From an uncultured cyanobacterium (lineage in GTDB: Bacteria; Cyanobacteriota; Cyanobacteriia; Cyanobacteriales; CAWCAG01), in contig CAWCAG010000007.1 in the NCBI GenBank assembly GCA_963793425.1, positions 704,001 through 768,000 of the forward strand: DNA of 64,000 nt, in the 5' to 3' direction. This document shows positions 61,334 to 64,000 of this stretch, in pieces; the stretch's first letter is position 1; every line of letters begins with the position of its first letter. The notes under the pieces were generated by a model that saw only the letters and a program-made list of their open reading frames with translations, searched no databases and had not been told where the DNA came from. A program made the translations under genes and the position numbers.

Positions 61334-62638
61334 TCATCTTTTTAACAAACTCCGAGTCTCTCTAGCCGCAGCTTTCATCGCTTTTTCAGAACTCATTTTA
61401 TCTGTCAAAGCAGCACTAAGATAGCGTTGCAAAATATCAGATGCTTGGGCATATTGAGCAATAGGAGGGCGGAGTGCCGGATTTTCTAATACTTCTAATA
61501 ATTGAGGATAGTGGTCGTATTTCGCCACAATTGTCGAGTCATTGAAAAGGGATTTAATACTAGGTACATAACCCGTTTCCAGGACAAACTTACGTAAAAC
61601 ATCTTTACTACTGAAGTATTTCATTACTTCCCAAGCAGCATCGGGATGTTGACTACTCCTAGCAATGCCTAAACCCCAACCACCTTGACAAGCACCACTT
61701 TGGGCTTCAGGTTTACTAACCATAGGTTTGATGGCGAATTTGCCTTGAATGGGGGAATCTTCCGCAGAAGCCAAGCTGAAAACATAAGGCCAATTGCGAA
61801 GGAAAACCGCGTTACCATTTTGGAAAAGGCGGCGAGTTTCTTCTTCTGTATAAGTAGTAACACCAGGAGGAGAAACTCCTATATCGATGCTACGGTGAAG
61901 AAACTTTATTGCTTGAATAGCTTCTGGTTGATCTAGTCCTACTTCTAAACTTTCTGGGTTAACCCAAAAGCCTCCACTACCTTCAAGAATTTCCACAAAC
62001 ATAGCAGCAAGTCCTTCATATTGTTTGCCTTGCCAAACATAACCCCATTCGGCTTTACCCTCTTCTTGTAATACCTGGGAAATTCCTAAAAGCTCATCGA
62101 AGGTTTCCGGAGGTTGATAACCTGCCTCTGTTAAAAGATCCTGTCGGTAATAAAGCATTCCGGCATCGGAACGGAAGGGGAGGCGGTAAAGTTTTTCTTG
62201 GTAACGCCCACCTTCAATATCCCCATCAAGATATTTATTTAAGTCTAAGTTGTCTTGGTCAATGTAGTCGTCAAGTTCTTTTAACCAACCCGCAGCAGCA
62301 AATTTAGGAACCCAGACGATATCCATATAAACTAAATCATAGGGAGAGTTGCCTAATAAAAATGAAGAAGTATAAAGGTCTTCTACCTGGTTGGTGGGGT
62401 TGGGGCCTTCAATGATTTTTAAATTTATTTCCGAGTTGCTTTGATTAAATTCCTCAACCAACCCCCCCCAGCTAGAGGCTTCCAAAGCTTGCATCAATAC
62501 GGTAACGGTGATTGGTTGTTGGGTGAAAGCTGGCAAAATCAGCAATTGGATAGTTGCCAAAATCGCAACAATACCAAGAAAAAAGCGGAGTAGCTTAAGT
62601 TTTTTAGTTAATTTAGGAAGTTTTAGATTAAAGCCCAT
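61334..62638 (-). CDS. Sugar ABC transporter substrate-binding protein
   Basis: DLVYMDIVW, LYYRQDLL, PPETFDEL, WQGKQYEGL, FLRNWPY, GGWG. Confidence 0.92.
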   Translation of the reverse strand: MGFNLKLPKLTKKLKLLRFFLGIVAILATIQLLILPAFTQQPITVTVLMQALEASSWGGLVEEFNQSNSEINLKIIEGPNPTNQVEDLYTSSFLLGNSPYDLVYMDIVWVPKFAAAGWLKELDDYIDQDNLDLNKYLDGDIEGGRYQEKLYRLPFRSDAGMLYYRQDLLTEAGYQPPETFDELLGISQVLQEEGKAEWGYVWQGKQYEGLAAMFVEILEGSGGFWVNPESLEVGLDQPEAIQAIKFLHRSIDIGVSPPGVTTYTEEETRRLFQNGNAVFLRNWPYVFSLASAEDSPIQGKFAIKPMVSKPEAQSGACQGGWGLGIARSSQHPDAAWEVMKYFSSKDVLRKFVLETGYVPSIKSLFNDSTIVAKYDHYPQLLEVLENPALRPPIAQYAQASDILQRYLSAALTDKMSSEKAMKAAARETRSLLKR

Positions 62639-62747
62639 TGAAAAATGACAATTTTTTTAAGCAGAGGTTTGTTATCTCCTAACTATAGCGAGAGATTAAA
62701 CGTAGCTATGTCAACAAATGCAACAAACCTACTGGATTAGTTTGTTA

Positions 62748-62800
62748 GGGCAGGTTTAGTTAGTTTGAAGTTAACCCATGATTTTGCTTGAAACCCGCCC
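62748..62800. repeat. REP-like palindrome
   Basis: GGGCAGGTTT...AAACCCGCCC immediately after the DUF2288 stop. Confidence 0.55.
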
Positions 62801-63100
62801 TTACCTTTCTTGGCTAACTTCTTGAACCAAAACAAAAGGCTGGACAATAATAGTGCTAAATTGCTTATGGGGTTCTTGATTCCAAATTGCGAGTTGTTCA
62901 GAAGAAGGTTTAGCAATAAGTTGCTCAGCGATCCAATTTTCTACCGATGCTGCATCATTGGCTGCAACTTTAACTCCCACCTCAACTAAATCCAAGTGAC
63001 TTGTCACCACGATCAAAGCATCTCGCTTGGCATGGGGGGTAAGGTTTTGCCAATCTACCTCAGCTAAATTTTCTGCTAAGGTTGCTCTAACATCTTCCAC
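62801..63100 (-). CDS. DUF2288 family protein
   Basis: W..L.PHA.RDALIVV...LDLVEVG..VA.ND...V..WI....I.KP, IVQPFVLVQ. Confidence 0.85.
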   Translation of the reverse strand: MEDVRATLAENLAEVDWQNLTPHAKRDALIVVTSHLDLVEVGVKVAANDAASVENWIAEQLIAKPSSEQLAIWNQEPHKQFSTIIVQPFVLVQEVSQER

Positions 63101-63160
63101 AATCTTTTTTTCTCCAAATTTATTTATCCAAGTATTAACTTTAACTATTTCAGCTAACCA

Positions 63161-64000
63161 TTACTCACCTTCAACACGCAAATCTCGAACAGTTTCCAGA
63201 CTCAACCCGGTTATCTCAGCAATGGCTTCATCGTCAAGTCGAGCAAGTAATTTTTCTGCGATCGCCCGTTGTTCTTCCTTTTTTCCCTCTTCTCGTCCTT
63301 CTTCCCTACCAAGATTAACAGCCCCTTGTTGATCATAAATAAACATTTCTCGGCGTTCAAAATCATCAAGTTCATCGGGGCTTAAGTTGGCTTGATTAGC
63401 AATTTCAAAGGCTTGGTGGAGTTCTGGTGTATCATCCATATTTTCCGGTATACCAGTTAGGGAGCGTGCATATTTAATGAAGTAAATCCATTTATCAGTT
63501 ATAGTTTCGAGTTGTGCTTGTTCTTTGGTGAATTTTGGTAATTCCACAAACAACAGTTCGATATCGTTTTCACGATAAAAAGAACCATCAGACACTTCTC
63601 GATAAACAAAGCGAGAGGTAAAATGATCACGTTGAGGAAACATTTCAAAATCTGTTAGGGTTAAGGCAATAACTGGTTTTAGCATTCGATAACCTTCTCC
63701 CCTTTGTAGCTGAAAGGCGTAGGTTTTAGCCGCATTAAACAAGACTCTTTCACCAAAAGATTGCACATTCAAAACCTGCATTTCAATAATAATTATTGTG
63801 CCATCATTGAGTTTCGCTTTGACATCAAGGTAAGTATCTTTTAATCCCTCCACTCTTGGAGGCAAGTTAGGATTAATAATTTCTAAGTCTTCAATGGTAG
63901 AATTGCCTTCATAAATTAAGGCATTAAGAAAACTAATGAGAATGTTTTTGCTTTGTTCAGAACCAAAGATTTTCTTGAAAGCGTAGTCGGTTTTAGGATT
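63161..64000 (-). CDS. Rpn family / PD-(D/E)XK transposase-like nuclease; 5' end lies outside the window
   Basis: The frame is open from the window edge (NPKTDYAFKKIFGS); LDVKA, IIEMQV, FVELPKF, DKW.YF, GREEG repeats, IAEITGLS. Confidence 0.92.
   Translation of the reverse strand, partial: NPKTDYAFKKIFGSEQSKNILISFLNALIYEGNSTIEDLEIINPNLPPRVEGLKDTYLDVKAKLNDGTIIIIEMQVLNVQSFGERVLFNAAKTYAFQLQRGEGYRMLKPVIALTLTDFEMFPQRDHFTSRFVYREVSDGSFYRENDIELLFVELPKFTKEQAQLETITDKWIYFIKYARSLTGIPENMDDTPELHQAFEIANQANLSPDELDDFERREMFIYDQQGAVNLGREEGREEGKKEEQRAIAEKLLARLDDEAIAEITGLSLETVRDLRVEGE

Larger units (their letters stand above)
2521..63265. repeat. Dispersed HIP1 octamers (GCGATCGC)
   Basis: Roughly 30 copies, e.g. 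near 2521, 6460, 9404, 23474, 36925, 46682, 57199 and 63258; a cyanobacterial hallmark. Confidence 0.9.

Overview
A 64 kb chromosomal segment of an AT-rich cyanobacterium, judged from frequent HIP1 GCGATCGC octamers, STRR-type heptamer repeats and cyanobacterial gene families (COP23, CHAT/CHASE2, Uma2, PSII S4-domain). Housekeeping blocks are mnmE; purC-bamA-lpxC-fabZ-lpxA-lpxB; pyrH-frr; speB; serA-prmA; murT; and a sugar ABC transporter. Accessory genes lie between them. These include two beta-helix/CHAT protease exoproteins (one split by two single-base deletions), a TpsB transporter, a ygiB/ygiC-like pair, a MocR regulator with a clear operator and an unannotated divergent 49-aa ORF, and a candidate structured ncRNA at about 10.9 kb. 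There is also a solitary AT-rich PD-(D/E)XK (DUF4365-like) nuclease gene, MITE/REP-like elements and fused gene remnants. The strongest candidate for an undescribed system is a compact three-gene operon at 57.2-59.0 kb (TIGR04255-like protein, small acidic protein, PemK/MazF-like protein) behind a MITE, which looks like a tripartite toxin-antitoxin or defence module. No rRNA, tRNA or CRISPR array was seen. All family assignments come from motif recognition by eye, not from database searches.
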